From Callorhinchus milii (Eukaryota), in assembly GCF_018977255.1 (NCBI RefSeq), contig NW_024704742.1, positions 97,466,001 through 97,530,000 on the forward strand: 64,000 nt of DNA, in the 5' to 3' direction. Below, one piece after another: positions 40,371 through 53,770 of this stretch. Every line of letters starts with the position of its first letter. Positions within the stretch are counted from its first letter, which is position 1. The position numbers and the translations under genes were made by a program. The notes under the pieces are model-generated. The model worked only from the letters and a program-made list of their open reading frames with translations. It was not told the origin of the DNA and ran no database searches.

Positions 40371-43300
40371 AACAATCACAAAATTACATTTGTATAGCGC
40401 CTTTCACGTTGGGTGGATGTGGAGAGTGGGGCAAAAGAAGGGTAATTGAAGGCATGGTTGAAGAGGAGGGTCTTGAAACGGGTCTTGAAGGAGGCAAGGG
40501 AGGGGTTGAGGCGGAGGGACTGCGGGATGGAGTTCCAGAGGGTGGCAGCAGAGTGGCTAAAACCCCACCTGCCAATAGTGGGGTGGCGAGGCAGGGGGCA
40601 TGAAACAGGCCGGAGCCCGCTGATTGGAGGGAGCGGGCAGGTTGGTAGGGGGTTAGGAGGTCACAGAGGTAGTGGGGAGCAAGGCCATGGAGGACTTTGA
40701 AGGTGAGGACCAGGAGCTTGAACTATATCCTCTGTATAATGGGAAGTCAGTGGAATCGGGCGAGGATGAGGCTGATAGAGTCACAGAACCTGGTGCAGGA
40801 GAGAACATGGGCTGCAGACATCTGGGTGATCTGCAGCCTGTGCAGGGAGGAGTTGGGGAGGCCGACAAGCAGGGAGTTTTCATGTTATGAATGCATGTAT
40901 GAGGGTTTCGGCGGCCTGCGGTGTGAGACCGTGGCAGAGCCGGATGATGTTGCGGAGGTGGGGGAAGGCAGAGCGGGTTATGGCATGAATGTGAGGTAGA
41001 AAAGATGGTTGAGGGTCAAACAAGACACCATGGTTCCGGACTGGCTTAGTAAGATGGAGTGCGCATCCATGGATGGTGAAGCTTTCAGCACCTGAGTTGT
41101 GGAGACGCTGATGGGAGCCATTCAGGAGAGCCTCAGTCTTGTTGATGTTCAACTGTAGAAAATTAGCTCTCATCCAGGCCTTGATGTCTGCCAAACATTC
41201 TGTCAGGACAGCAGTGGTCCTGGAGTTGAGGGTGGAGGCAAAAAAATAGAGTTGGGTTTCATCCGCATATATGTGTAAGTTGATCCCATGTCTGCGGATG
41301 ATATCACCAAGTTGGAGGATGTCGATATTGAAGAGGAGGGGACCAAGGACAGAGCCCTGAGGAATGCTGTACGAGATGGTGCGGGGGCTAGAGAAAAAAC
41401 TGTTTGTGGAGATGAAGTGGAGATGGTGTGAGAGGTAGGATCTGAACCATTCAAGGACAGAACCATGAAGGTTGAGGTGAGAGGAGAGGCGTGGAGGAGG
41501 ATAGAGTGGTCAACAGTATCGAAGGCAGCAGAGAGGTCAAGGGGGCAAGGAGGAAGAGGGAGTCTTGGTTGCAGATGGACAAAATGTAATTTGTCACTTT
41601 TACCAAAGCTGTTTCTGTGCTGTGGGTGGCTTGATTAGAGGGGTTCATGAAGTGAGAGGTGGGAGAGGAAAGAGCGAAGCTGGGAAGCAATGACCTGTTC
41701 CACAACCTTGGAAAGGAAGGTTGGAGATGGAGCAATAGTTTGAAAGTAGGGATGGGTCCACAGAGGGTTTTTTAAGGATAGGAGTGATGATGGCAATTTT
41801 TAAATGGATGGGAACCGCTCCATTGGACAGGGAGAGGTTTATGATGTCGATGAGTGGAGGGGCAAGGAGGTGAAGCTGAGAAGTAAGGAGAGGGGTAGGG
41901 ATGGGTTCGATGGAGCAGGTGGTTGGTTTCATGCGGGTTATAGAGGTGGTGAGAGAGGAGGGGGAGGTGGGTTCGAAAGTGTGGAGGGATGGGTGGGGAG
42001 AATGGGAGTAGGGACCGGCGTGTGAGAGGGAGGTGTGGTGGTGGTAGTAGTCAGAAGGGCAGAGGCAGCTGAGTGGGGTCCCCTCGACTTTGGTTTTGAG
42101 GACATTCAGCATTGCCTCGCAGTTGCCATTAGAGGATAGGATGGACGAGATGTGAGAGGGTGGGCGGAGGGGCCAGTTGGTGATGGAGAAAAGGAGCTGG
42201 GGTTGTCCTTGGCCTCCAAGATTGTCTTGTAGTAGAGGGACAATTTGGCAGAGACGACAGTGGAGCAGTAAGTTTTGATAAAGTCCAGCCAGATCTGCCG
42301 ATGGACCGTTATGTTGGATTTGAGCCATGAGCATTCGGTGACATGCACCTGTGCCTTGAGGGAGCAGAGATGGCTGGTGTACCAGAGTGACTTCTGTGAG
42401 AAGGAGGCAGTTTGGGAAGTGAGGGGAGCAAGGGCATCGAGAGTCCTGGAAAGGGAGTTGGTGAGCAGAGTGACTGAGGAGGATGGGTCATTGGGATAGG
42501 AAGTCCAGAGGGTGAGGCGTTCAGATGATTCCAAAGCAGTGTAGAGGGAGGGGGGAAGATTTTTGTCCAGATTTGGTAGGAGATGGAGGTGTTGGGTGGC
42601 AATGGGGAGAGGGATTGAGGAGTTAAGGGAGATGAAGTAACCAAGATAAAGTAACCGAGGTATCTTTGTCGGTGATGGTGAGGTTCGAGACAGTGAGGGT
42701 CTGGGTGATCATCAGGCTGAGGGGCTGACCGCGGACCTGGAGAGTGGATGAGGAGGAAAGAGAAGTCAGCAGTGGTAGAGCAGGAGGGAGTGAAGTGAAG
42801 ATTGAAGTCATCTAGGATGAGGAAGCGTTCGGAGCAGAGGGAGAGGGAAGATAGGAGGGTGGAGATACCAGGAAGGAAGGTGGGGAGGGCTTGGGGTGGG
42901 GGCGAGTGGTTAATAAACGAGGAGAATTTTGAAGGAAAGGCTGGGGGGGGGGGGGGTGATAAAAGGAAAGGTGCTCAAAGGAGGGGAAAGTTTCTGAGGA
43001 ATCTTCAGGAGATGAGAGCCACATCGCCACCATGGCGGTTAGGTTGTGGGGTATGATGGAAGGTGCAGCTGGGTGGTGTGGACAATGTCGGGGTAAGGTG
43101 GTGCCTGGAGTGACCCAGGTTTCGGTGAGGGCGAGGATGTCGATCTTTTCATTGACAATCAGGTCTTGGATGGTGAGAGTTTTATTGGAGAGGGAGTGGA
43201 CATTTGTAGGCCAATGCGGAGGGAACAGTTAGTGGTGAAATGTGGGGGACGAGGAGGACAAGGGGGTGATTGACAGGAAGGGTGGGGATGTGGATGAGGG

Positions 43301-43420
43301 AAGAGAGGTTGACACTTGGGGTCAGAGACCGATGGGCCTTGTGGTGAGAATGGGGGATAGGGCAATCAGAGTGGCTACTGTTGGACAGACAGCGGGGTCT
43401 GCCGCCAAGGGCCCTACAGA
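40371..43420 (-). mobile_element. Long decayed L2 LINE (APE endonuclease + RT)
   Basis: Minus strand encodes DILALTETWV (endonuclease), AIITPILKKP, HSTETALVKV and WMRANFLQLNINKTE; multiple frameshifts. Confidence 0.93.
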
Positions 43421-43685
43421 GGATTTGCCTCATCTGCCTGTTCAGGTGAACGTTAAAGATTCCATGGCACTATTTGGAAAGAGAAGGCGTTTCTCCAAGT
43501 GTGTTGGTCAACAATCCCCCAAATAAAATTGTTCATTCATCTCCTGGCTGTTTGTGGGACATTGTTTTGTTCAAATTGGCTGTCGCGTTTGGCTATAAAA
43601 TGGATACTCATTACACTTTAGAGTAAAATCCTGTTAAGCACTTCAAGATTTCTCACAGATGTGATAAGGCGCTATATCAAATTCA
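43421..43685 (+). mobile_element. Deu-type SINE (3' part)
   Basis: aacgttaaagattccatggcactatttgg Deu-like core plus the shared tail. Confidence 0.75.
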
Positions 43686-43974
43686 GTCAGTTTAGATTGT
43701 ACATTGGTTTATCTAAGTCAAAATATTACTGAAGTAAAATAGGAGCGAACAGATTTAAGAACTTATAAATGGGTATTAAAATATTTGATCATTGGCATTA
43801 ATGGAGTGAAAGATATATCTTAGTGCAAGCTGGATGGAATCCAGCCAAGCCTAATTTTGTGAAAGTATACTCTCTGCTCCCTCTAATTGAATGAATTCCA
43901 TTAGTCTCAATTCATTACCTATTGGGAATGAGTCCAATGTAGGTCCAAACCTCCTCTGCTTCAAAGGTGTTTTA

Positions 43975-44590
43975 CAACAACAACGACAAGATTCCATTTA
44001 TTGAGCGCCTTTCACGTCGGGAGGACGTCCCAAGGCGCTGGACAGTTGGGTCAGGACCCGAGCAAGGGGGGAAATGGTCAGGGTGAGGGGAGGGAAGGGA
44101 GGGAGCGAGGAGAGGGTAGAGAGTCGAGAGGGGAGCTGAAGGCACGGTCAAAGAGAAAGGTCTTGAGACCGGCCTTGAAGGAGGAAAGGGAGGAGGCAAG
44201 GCAAAGGCACCGGGGGATAGATTTCCAGAGCCTCAGGGCTGAGAGGCTGAAGGCCCGGCCACCGATGGTAGGGCGGTTGGGGCGGGGGATGTGGAGCAGA
44301 CCGGAGCCAGAGGAATGGAGGGTACAGGCAGGTAGGTAGGGGGATAGTAGGTCGGAGAGGTAGGAGGGAGCAAGGCCGTGAATGGCCTTGTAGGTGAAGG
44401 TGAGGATCTTGAATTTGATCCTCTGGGGGATGGGGAGCCAGTGGAGGCGAGTGAGGGTGGGAGTGATGTGGTCGCGAAGCCTGGTGCGGGACAGTACACG
44501 AGCTGCAGAGTTCTGAATGACCTGCAGCTTGTGGAGGGATGTGCTGGGAAGGCCGGCGAGGAGAGAGTTCCCATAGTCCAGCCTTGAGGT
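43975..44590 (-). mobile_element. Young L2 3' fragment
   Basis: Intact 173-aa frame [14 protein letters not shown]...QNSAARVL...LHWLP. Confidence 0.93.
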
Positions 44591-44779
44591 GAACCACAAT
44601 TACCACAATTTTTCAATATTACTTCGAGGATTTATGATGATTTGAAAGTAAAATGCTACATAGAGTCAGTTTTAGGTTTATTAGACAGATACTCCGATAT
44701 CATCACAGAACGGAGGGAAAACAGTTGTTTCCCAGCAATGCCACAATGCCGCATTATCCAAAACTGTAGTGTCCATTTT

Positions 44780-45385
44780 GATCATCACATCGCTCCCTCA
44801 CATTCAGTCCCTCACCGAGATTGCTTTTCTCCCTCCATCTGCCACATTGACCTCCTCAACCCCTATCACTGCTGAAAACCTTATTCAATGATTTGTTTAC
44901 CTCCCGCCTAGACTTTTCGAATATACTCATTGATTGTTTTCCTAGCTGCACCATCTACAAACTCCAGCTAATCCAAAACTCCACCATCCACACCGTCACA
45001 CTCGCCCAACTCTGCATGCCCATCATCCCAATCTACACTAGGCCTCACTGCCTCCTGGATTCTAAACAGAACAACTTCCAAGTTTCTTACCTATAAATCC
45101 CTTCACACTCCAGCATCTCTCTAACTTTGTGATCTTCTCTTACCCAGTCTTCTGCTCGCATCCTTCCACTTGGCTAAATTGGACTTGCTGCATGGCGGCT
45201 GAGCCTTCAGCTACTTCGCCTCTAAACTCTGCAGCTGCCTCCATTTTGCCTGCTCTGTTTTTAAATCCCACCTCTTTGATGTGGCTCATGGTCACCTTCC
45301 CCTTTCCTCATGTTCAGTGTCTGACCCCATTCTTGTGAAGCACTCCCAGATGCTATCCTACGGGAAGAGTGACACATAAATAAAA
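44780..45385 (+). mobile_element. Old L2 fragment
   Basis: Encodes FTSRLDFSNILI...KLQLIQNS. Confidence 0.75.
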
Positions 45386-45439
45386 ATATATTTGTTAGTG
45401 TCGTTATTAATCCCATAGTGAGAATAACATTTCCTACAG

Positions 45440-46270
45440 TTGAATGTGAACAAGACTGAGGCCCTCCTGATTGGCTCACGCCAGCGCCTCAGCACCTCAG
45501 GCTCTGGCAGCATCAACCTCCATGGCTGCACACTACAACTCACCAGCCAGTCAGGAACCTCGGTGTCTTATTCAACCCTCACTGTCTTTTCTCCCCCACA
45601 TCCAAGCCATGACCCGCTCTACCTTCCCTCACCTCCATAACATCGCCTGACTCCGCCACTACCTCACCCCTCAGGCCGCTGAAACTCTTGTTCCTGCCCT
45701 CATCACCTCCAGGCTCGACTATGCAAACGTCCTGCTTGTCGGCCTTCCCAACTCCTCCCTCCACAGGCTGCAGATAATCCAGAACTCTGCAACCCATGTC
45801 CTCTCCCGCACCAAACTTCGTGACCCCATCTCCCCCACTCTTCCCCAACTCAACTGGCTCCCTATCCTTCAGAGAATCCATTTCAAGATCCTGGTCCTCA
45901 CCTACAAAACCCTCCATGGCCTCGCCCCACCCTACCTCTACGACCTCCTAACCCCCTACCAACCCGCCCGTTCACTCCGCTCAGCCGGATCCGGCCTGCT
46001 CCACGTCCCCCGACCCACCCGCTCCACCATTGGCGGGAGAGCCTTCAGCCATTCTGCCACCAACCTCTGGAATTCCATCCCCCAGTCACTCCGCCTCGTC
46101 CCCTCCTTAGCCTCCTTCAAGTCCCACCTCAAGACCCTCCTCTTCGACCATGCCATTGGCCACCCCACTTCCCTTTCCCTCCCATCTCCCGCCCTGATCC
46201 CAGCTTGGGTCTGAAATGCTGTACTTGGGACGTCCTCCCGATGTGAAAGGCACTGTACAAATGTACAAAT
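45440..46270 (+). mobile_element. L2 3' part
   Basis: Encodes LNVNKTEALLIGS and SRLDYANVLLVGLP. Confidence 0.9.
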
Positions 46271-46271
46271 G

Positions 46272-46560
46272 TTCCTCCCTTTCCTCCTTCAAGGCCGGTC
46301 TCAAAACCTTTCTCTTTGACCGTGCCTTCAGCTCCCCTCTCGACTCTCTTCCTCCTCCTCGCTCCCTCCCTTCCCTCCCCTCACCCTGACCATTTCCCCC
46401 CTCCTCTCTCCCTCCCCTCCCCTCACCCTGACCATTTCCCCCCTGCTCGGGTCATGACCCAACTGTGCAGCGCCTTGGGACGTCCTCCTGACGTGAAAGG
46501 CGCTCTATAAATGGAATCTTGTTGTTGTTGTTGTTGTAATCTTGTTGTTGTTATTGTTGT
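46272..46560 (+). mobile_element. Young L2 3' end at the tail of the previous L2
   Basis: Same subfamily as 24132 and 43975; internal tandem duplication of about 40 bp; (TTG)n tail. Confidence 0.88.
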
Positions 46561-47084
46561 AACCCCTTCCCGTCCAAGTAACACAAAAAGTCATAGCGCA
46601 TTAAACATTAGAAAAGATCTAATAGCTATAAAGAATAAATATGAGTGGCAAAATAGTTTTCTAGAAAGTGTGACCTATATTTAGTGTGCTGATCCTTATC
46701 CATTCTTGTATGTCAATATATTGCAATATAATTAACTTTTTCAAAAGATGATTACTTCATCTATCACTTGGCAGTTTCTTTAGTAAACATAATTACATTT
46801 TGACTTATGACAATGAGCATTATTTCAGTATGTGTGCTGCCTCTAAACTAGTAGTAGCTGACAGTCTTCATGAAAGACCTGAAGTTGTAAAACGGTTGTT
46901 ATTGGTAAGTTTTGTATTTTTGACTTCATTGCTTTAGTTGAAACCAGTTAGTGTTTTATTTGATGTGTTATTAACATAAGATATTTGAGTGTTATTTCAA
47001 TGAATCTGACAGAGCTGAAATCACTATCTGAATGCTGATTTGTAAAGATCTGTAATATAAAGCTCTCTTTCTCTTTGGGGACAG

Positions 47085-47216
47085 GTATGTGATTAGTACT
47101 TTGGAGCTCCTGGTAGCTGAGGACTACCTGATAGTTTATCTGAATGGAGCGACTCCACGAAGGAGAATGCCAGGATTTACTTGGATGAAAAGGTGCTATC
47201 AGATGATAGATAGAAG
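47085..47216 (+). CDS. PRUNE2: BCH-domain exon ([44 protein letters not shown])
   Basis: acAG acceptor, ag|GTgagt donor; 132 nt, phase 2-2. Contains the RRRMP arginine patch. Confidence 0.95.
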
Positions 47217-47858
47217 GTGAGTAAGCTTTACTGTAAGCACCCAGATCAACTGCTATTGTACCCACTAAGGGAAGGATTATTCCTCTCCAACCCTCCCTTC
47301 AATCTCAGATTCCTAATTTATAAATGATTCATTCAGTTATAAAGTGAAAACCTGTTGAAATGCAACTTGTAACTTTCTGTAATCGTCTGGCCATCTGAAA
47401 TACAGAACTGGTTGGTTCTCAATGTGAAGCAAAGGCTTGTTGGATGCTTATTTTAATATTTGTATTCAAACTCATTACAGTAAATGAATCTCCTCCGGTA
47501 TGGACTGCCCTTTTCACTTTGAACCTAACCAATTTTCAACACTTTGTTTTATTTATGTGTAAAATTTTACCTTCAATGGCTTTGTTTTACTTTTCTTTCT
47601 TTCTTGTGGTTTATTTACAGTTGTGTGGTTGTGACTCTGTGAATTTAGCAAATCTAACCTTGATTTTCTTGAAAAGAAAAAAATAATGAATTACAAATAA
47701 TTATAAGTATTAGAGTAAACCTTTTTTATATATAAATAATGAAAATTGCAATACATAACTGGATTTTAACAGCAACACCTTTTTTCCTTTTGTAATTAAG
47801 AACAGCAATTGGTTTAAGTGTAATTAATTTATACTAATTGGGAAACTTCTAAACACAG

Positions 47859-47945
47859 GCTGAGGAAGAACCTGAAATCATTTATAATTGTGCATCCATC
47901 GTGGTTTATCAGAGCGATCCTTGCTGTTACTCGGCCTTTCATTAG
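47859..47945 (+). CDS. PRUNE2: BCH-domain exon ([29 protein letters not shown])
   Basis: cacAG acceptor, ag|GTaagt donor; 87 nt, phase 2-2. Confidence 0.95.
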   Translation, partial: AEEEPEIIYNCASIVVYQSDPCCYSAFH

Positions 47946-48084
47946 GTAAGTGTTATTCTTTTATTTGCTACTGAGAATTAGATTATTGATGCTGACTGTA
48001 TAAAATTAAATATTCACTTATAAAATATTCCTTTATAAAAGACATGTTTAATATGCTCTGTGTATCTTTATACTTATTCTTACA

Positions 48085-48475
48085 GTAATAATATTAATCC
48101 TTGCACAGGATTTACTGTGAAGTGATGTGACTGAATATTTGTGGGTGAATGCGGCAGTCAATTTGCACACAGTGATGTCTCAAAAACAGTTATGAAGTGA
48201 AGGACCAGTTTTATTTTGGAGGGATTGTTGGCAACTGGGAAAAAACTCCCTTCTTTTTTAAAATAATGCCATAGGATCCTTAATGTCTCCCTGAAGAAGC
48301 AGACGGGATCTCAGTTTAACATCTCCGAAAAAGAACGGCACTTCCACAATGCCACACATCCCTGCAATTTCATTAAGTGTAATCTTTGACAATGCGAGAT
48401 CAAGTCCCAAAGTGGGGCTTGGAACACACAACCTTCTAACTCAGAGGTGAGAGTGCTACCACTGAGTCAGGTTGA
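48085..48475 (-). mobile_element. Deu-type SINE, near full length
   Basis: Head tgactcagtggtagcactctcacctctgag, Deu-like core and shared tail. Confidence 0.8.
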
Positions 48476-48985
48476 TGTCTCGAAAGGCTAGACAATTTTT
48501 ATTGACACTGCAAGTAGAAATTCCATCAAAGTGAAGTTAGAGTATTTAAGGCATTATGTGAGTGATCCATATGTAGTTACTTTTCTCCAGTTGAATGTCA
48601 ATAGGACAGAGCTTTGGCTCCATTCATTGCTTCTTGCCTCTGGCATTGACAGCATCAAACTGTGTGGATGCACACTCCACCTCACAAGAGGAGCTAGTGT
48701 GAAATCTTAATGTCTTGTTTTATTCCCAACTGTCCTTTAAACCCCGCATCCATGCTTTGACTCGCTCAGCTTGTCCCTGCCTCCATAATATTTTCCTTCT
48801 CTGCTACCACCTCTCCTGCTGGCCGCTGAGACCCTTATCCAGGCACTTATTACATTCACATCGTTTAATTGCACACAACCTTTACTGATTTGTGGAATAT
48901 TTAGGGGTGTGTGTGTGTTGTTGACTGTTGGTTCAGATCCAATCTTCACCTCACCTCGTGCGTAAATATTGCTAAGGTATTATGT

Positions 48986-49296
48986 GGAGTCCTGTAGCTC
49001 AGTGGTTAGAGCATTCGCTTTGCAAGTGAGAGACCTGAGTTCAATTCCAGGCAGGGCGAAACCTTGGTCAAGTTTCCTTACTCCACACGCCTAATAATAA
49101 CCCCTCCAAAAACAATAATAAAATTGGTCATTTCAATCTACGACTGTTTGTGGGACATTGCTGTGCGCAATTGGCTGCCGCGTTCGCCCACAAATATACA
49201 GTCAATTCACTTTACAGTGTTCTGTGAAGCGCTTTGGGACGTCCTCCTGACGTGAAAAGCGCTATATCAAATGTAAGGATTATTATTATTATTATT
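48986..49296 (+). mobile_element. tRNA-Ala-derived SINE, full length
   Basis: Near-identical to 13621-13947. Confidence 0.88.
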
Positions 49297-49484
49297 AAGG
49301 CGTGAGTGACCCCAAAAATTTGGTTATTCAATCCTGTTTGAGGGACACTGCTGTGAGCAATTGGCTTCCGCGTTTCACCCACAAAATACATAGCCAATCC
49401 ACTTTAAAATATATTCCTTGAAGAGCTTTGAGAAGTCTCAATGACACCAAAGGCACTATATCAAATGCAAGGATTATGTTTCAT

Positions 49485-50030
49485 CAGGTCTTGGTTTGAC
49501 TACCCCAATGCTCGGCTCTCTGGGCGACCTAACACTTTGCTCCAAAAGCTGCAGACCATCCAGAACTCTGCAGCCCATGTCGTTTGCCACACTAGGCTGA
49601 ATGAGCATATCACCCCTCCCCTTGTCCAGCTCCATTGGCTCCCCATTCTCCCAGCAGATCGAGTTCAAGATCCTCGTCATTGCCTTCAAATCCTTGTATG
49701 GGCTTGCCCCATTCTATCTCTGCCACCTCCTCAAACTGTACCAACCCAGCTGTTCCCTTCGCAGCAAGCACCATCCTGCTTCATGTTCCCTACCTTATCA
49801 TCACTCATCTCTGAAACTCTGTTGTGCAGTCCTTCCAACTTGCCCCCTCCCTCACCTCTTTTAATGGTCCATCTCAAGAACTTGACCATTTTTGACCATG
49901 CCTTCGGTCATCTTTCCCCTCCCTACCCATCTCAGCTCCCATCCCAGCTCAGGTACCAAGCCAGGTCTGACAAGCGCTTTGGGACATCATCCTGACATGA
50001 AAGGCAATATATAAGTGTAAATTTGTATTT
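49485..50030 (+). mobile_element. L2 3' fragment
   Basis: Encodes KLQTIQNSAAHVV...LHWLP. Confidence 0.85.
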
Positions 50031-50417
50031 TCTATTGTAAGTGGATTTGGATTTAGTTGGACAGTTGACTGACATGTGGAACTCCATCACGATGCTTAAG
50101 GCTGTTAGCTCTCTCCATGATTACATTGAAAAATGTCCCCATCACATTCAGTTGCACATCATCATCATTGATTATAGCTTAACCTCCACAGTGGGTAATT
50201 CTTTGATTGATGGTAAAGTTTCCAGGCCTTGGCTGTGAGTGTAATATTGTGATCTCAACATAAAAATCAAAGAAAAGCCAGCGTACTGCTAATTGGGAAG
50301 TTCAAAGCTAGATGGTTTCAGGCCCAACTATTGTGACACTGTTGGAGGGGCAGGGCACACCCACAGACTGCATGAAATCTTTAGCTATTGCAGAGTGGAA
50401 TTTACAATAATGTGATA

Positions 50418-50636
50418 ATACGCCTAATAATAATCCCTCCAAAACCAAAAACAATAATAAAATTGGCATTTTCAATCTACGACTGTTTGTGGGACATTGC
50501 TGTGCGCAATTGGCTGCCGCGTTCGCCCACAAATTTACAGTCAATTCACTTTACAGTGTGTTCTGTGAAGCACTTTGGGACGTCCTTCCGACGTGAAAAG
50601 CGCTATATCAAATGCAAGGATTATTATTATTATAAT
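50418..50636 (+). mobile_element. 5'-truncated copy of the tRNA-Ala SINE
   Basis: Matches 49087-49296. Confidence 0.85.
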
Positions 50637-51582
50637 TAATGCTGTCAGTTCCTGATGTGAGTAAAAATACTAAGGGATTAGTTCTACCATTATTATAATA
50701 ATAATAATAATCCTTGTATTTGATACAGTGTCTTATCACATATTCGAGATGTCTCAACATGCTTTAAATATGAATGTGAATTATCTTAGAATTCAGACCA
50801 AAGTGAGCGGGGGAGAGAATGAGAATTGATTTGGATTCCTGATGCAGTGACTCCTGGTGTAACACAGGTCTGGGTCAAGATGACAGGATCAGCATTGGTT
50901 TTGGTACCTCCATCCTCTTCACAATAAAAAAAACTTCAATGTTACTGTCTATGTTCACCTAAGTACAATGGCCACATTGATGAAGTATGGGAGGACCTTT
51001 TTTGAAGAAGACCAGCAGCAGATTATGATATTGCTCAAAAGGTCAAGATAACTGGCTAATTTGTGCTGAATACATCCCATACCTGTGATAGTATCATGGA
51101 ACTCAGGATTTGAGAGAGTTGGATGGGTTATGTGCATTCAAGTACACTTGAAATTTGGTCATCCAAATATAATTTGTTGATGTCAATGGTATTGACAATT
51201 TGTGCTAGTCTACAGAACACGCCGCCAAATAAAGTGAGTCATTGATTAATTCTGAATCTTTTTCGTGTACAGAATCGTTTTCTGTGGTAGTGCTTCATGG
51301 GGATAAATGCCATCAATATTTTTTGCACAGTAATACCTCATTATCTTGTTACTTTTATATTTTCCTTTCAGGATTTATACTGAACTCGCGCTATTCTGAA
51401 TAAACATGAAAGACGGAGAAAGGGTGTGTGTGAAAAGTGGGGAATTAATATACATGGAATAAAGCAAACTAGTTTTTTAAAAATTTGAACAGCGTATTGC
51501 AGGGAGAGGCTAATAATATTATGTTTGTCCTCTTGGTGGATAACAGATCTACATAGTAACTCTCTTGACTGCTTCTCTTCAG

Positions 51583-51681
51583 TTCAAAGTTCAGCAGTAA
51601 GATAAGATACGTCAGTAGCCTGACTGAGCTGGAGGAACTGATTCCAATGCAACATGTTCAGATTCCAGAGGGCATCAGGAA
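51583..51681 (+). CDS. PRUNE2: BCH-domain exon ([33 protein letters not shown])
   Basis: cttctcttcAG acceptor, aa|GTaagt donor; 99 nt, phase 2-2. Confidence 0.95.
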
Positions 51682-52994
51682 GTAAGTAAAGTATTTCCCA
51701 TTCAATAGCAACTAGTCACATGGTATATTCTAACCAGATATAGAAATCTTTAAGATAGAATGAAGTTCTTTTTATTTTCTTTTAAAGTTTTTGGTGATTA
51801 GATTTTACCAGCTTCTGTTTATCAAATAAGATGTAATCTCCTGCCTTGGTTAAAATGTGATCAGAACTGCATTCCCTTACCATGAAGTAAATTGTATGTC
51901 AAAGACATCAATGGTATTGGTTTTGCTTCCTTCATACAGTATTTCCTGTTTTATTGATCCGAATGAATTTGTTTATTTTGTAGGAGAACTGTTTCTGGTG
52001 GTAAAGTTATTCATTCGGCTGTTGACTAATATTTCTCATTATTTAATTGCTTTTCAATACTTTTATTTAGCTGTGTCATCTTCTAGACAAACTCTTATTT
52101 GTCTCTGTATAGTGGCTTTCTCCTATTTCAAAAGTGAATTGGATATTTACTTGAAAAGAAAAAAATTGAAAGGATATATGGAATAAAGGGCGGAGAGACG
52201 GACTAATTGAATAACTCTTTCAAAGAGATGGCACAGGCATGATGGGCTGAATGGCCCATGTAGATTCTATGATCTTATGTCATAAGTGAACAAGGTCATT
52301 GTGGATTACTAGCTCTTATCTAGTTGAATACATTGATTCAAAGCTCACTGTTATGCTTTTACTTCTATAAAACTTATTGCGTGAAGCAGAATTTATTCAT
52401 AACCTTTAAGACCACAGCAACCTTGTTTATCCAAAGTTCTTACCAGACTACCTAAATAATTCAGCACAGTGTGCTTGGGTAACAGGAGTATGAAATAACT
52501 GAACAATTTTAAAAGTAACTATTATAAATTCATACATTGATCTTGTAATTGAAGGGTGCTTTTTCCATGAAGCTTTTAAAATGCATAATTTGGGGAAAAC
52601 AGGATAGCAGCCAGCCACAATCCTTCATTATGTTTGTGCACTGGGTTATTCTGCCATGCAATGACACTGCAGGGGTTTTCTTTTCGCAATTGGAATACAT
52701 TCCTAGTCTCTGGTGATGTTCGCTGTCTCTGATGATGTTGATCCAAAGCAAAAAGAAAAGTCAGAGTATCAGTCAACTTACACTCAAAGCAGTAATGGAT
52801 TACATGCAGTTCAGTGAAGAAAGCTCTTTGGATGTTTTAATCTCAACCTTCTAGAATAACAAATAGCATCACTTTTCTTAAACATGTCGATTGTTTTTCA
52901 TAACCTGGTCTATCTGTTGATTACACTGGTGTGCATCTTAAATTGCTTTTAACATACTTGAAACCTGAGCTACTGTTGCATAGATTACTTGGAA

Positions 52995-53770
52995 TTTACA
53001 GCACCAAAGCAGGTCACCCGATCCAATGCTGGTGTTTATACTCCAAATGAGCCTTCATCCATCATAATGTTCCACTCACTGCCCTACCCTACCATTCCCC
53101 CAACCCCCGCCATACCCCTCTACTCCCTTCAATCTCATGTATACATCACATTTCTCTTAAATGTACAGATGCTCTCTGATACAACTTCCAGGTTCTCACC
53201 ACCCTCTGTGAAAAGAATATCTTCCTAAAATCTCTTTTAGATCTCTTAGTGGCTATCTTATATTTATGCTGTCTTGTGATGGTTTCACCAACAAGTGGGA
53301 ACAATTTATTCACTTTTACCTTATTATTTTCTCCCACAAAACACACAGTCACTGCGCTTTACAGTAAATCTTGTGAAGTGCTTTGGAACATCCTTCCGAT
53401 ATGAACATCCTTCCTATACCAAATGTAAAATTATTATTATTTTCCACCCTCCAGTTTGATGTCATCTGTGAATTTGAATCCATCTTTCAATCCAATCTAC
53501 TGCCTCTTCCATGACTCCATGTGTCCTGATCATGTTCTCCATGAGCCTTTTAAGTGGCATTATAGCAAAGGCCTTCTAAATATGTTTATACACCACATTC
53601 ACTGCATTTTCCTTATCTACTTATCTGTTACTGCTTCAGAAATACACAATAATTTGGTCATGCATGACATTCCTTTCATAAATCCACACTTTTTTAGTTT
53701 TTATCATATTATCCATCTCAAGATGTTTAGTTATTTCATCCTTTATTATAAATTTTAATATCTTGCCCAC
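52995..53770 (-). mobile_element. Old CR1 fragments
   Basis: Encodes LFPLVGETITRQHKYKI...FFSQRVVRTW and IVGKILKFIIKDEITKHL. Confidence 0.7.

Noticed and set aside
48986..49060. tRNA-Ala gene
   Set aside because: No acceptor-stem pairing; it continues into a SINE body and tail and occurs in several diverged copies.
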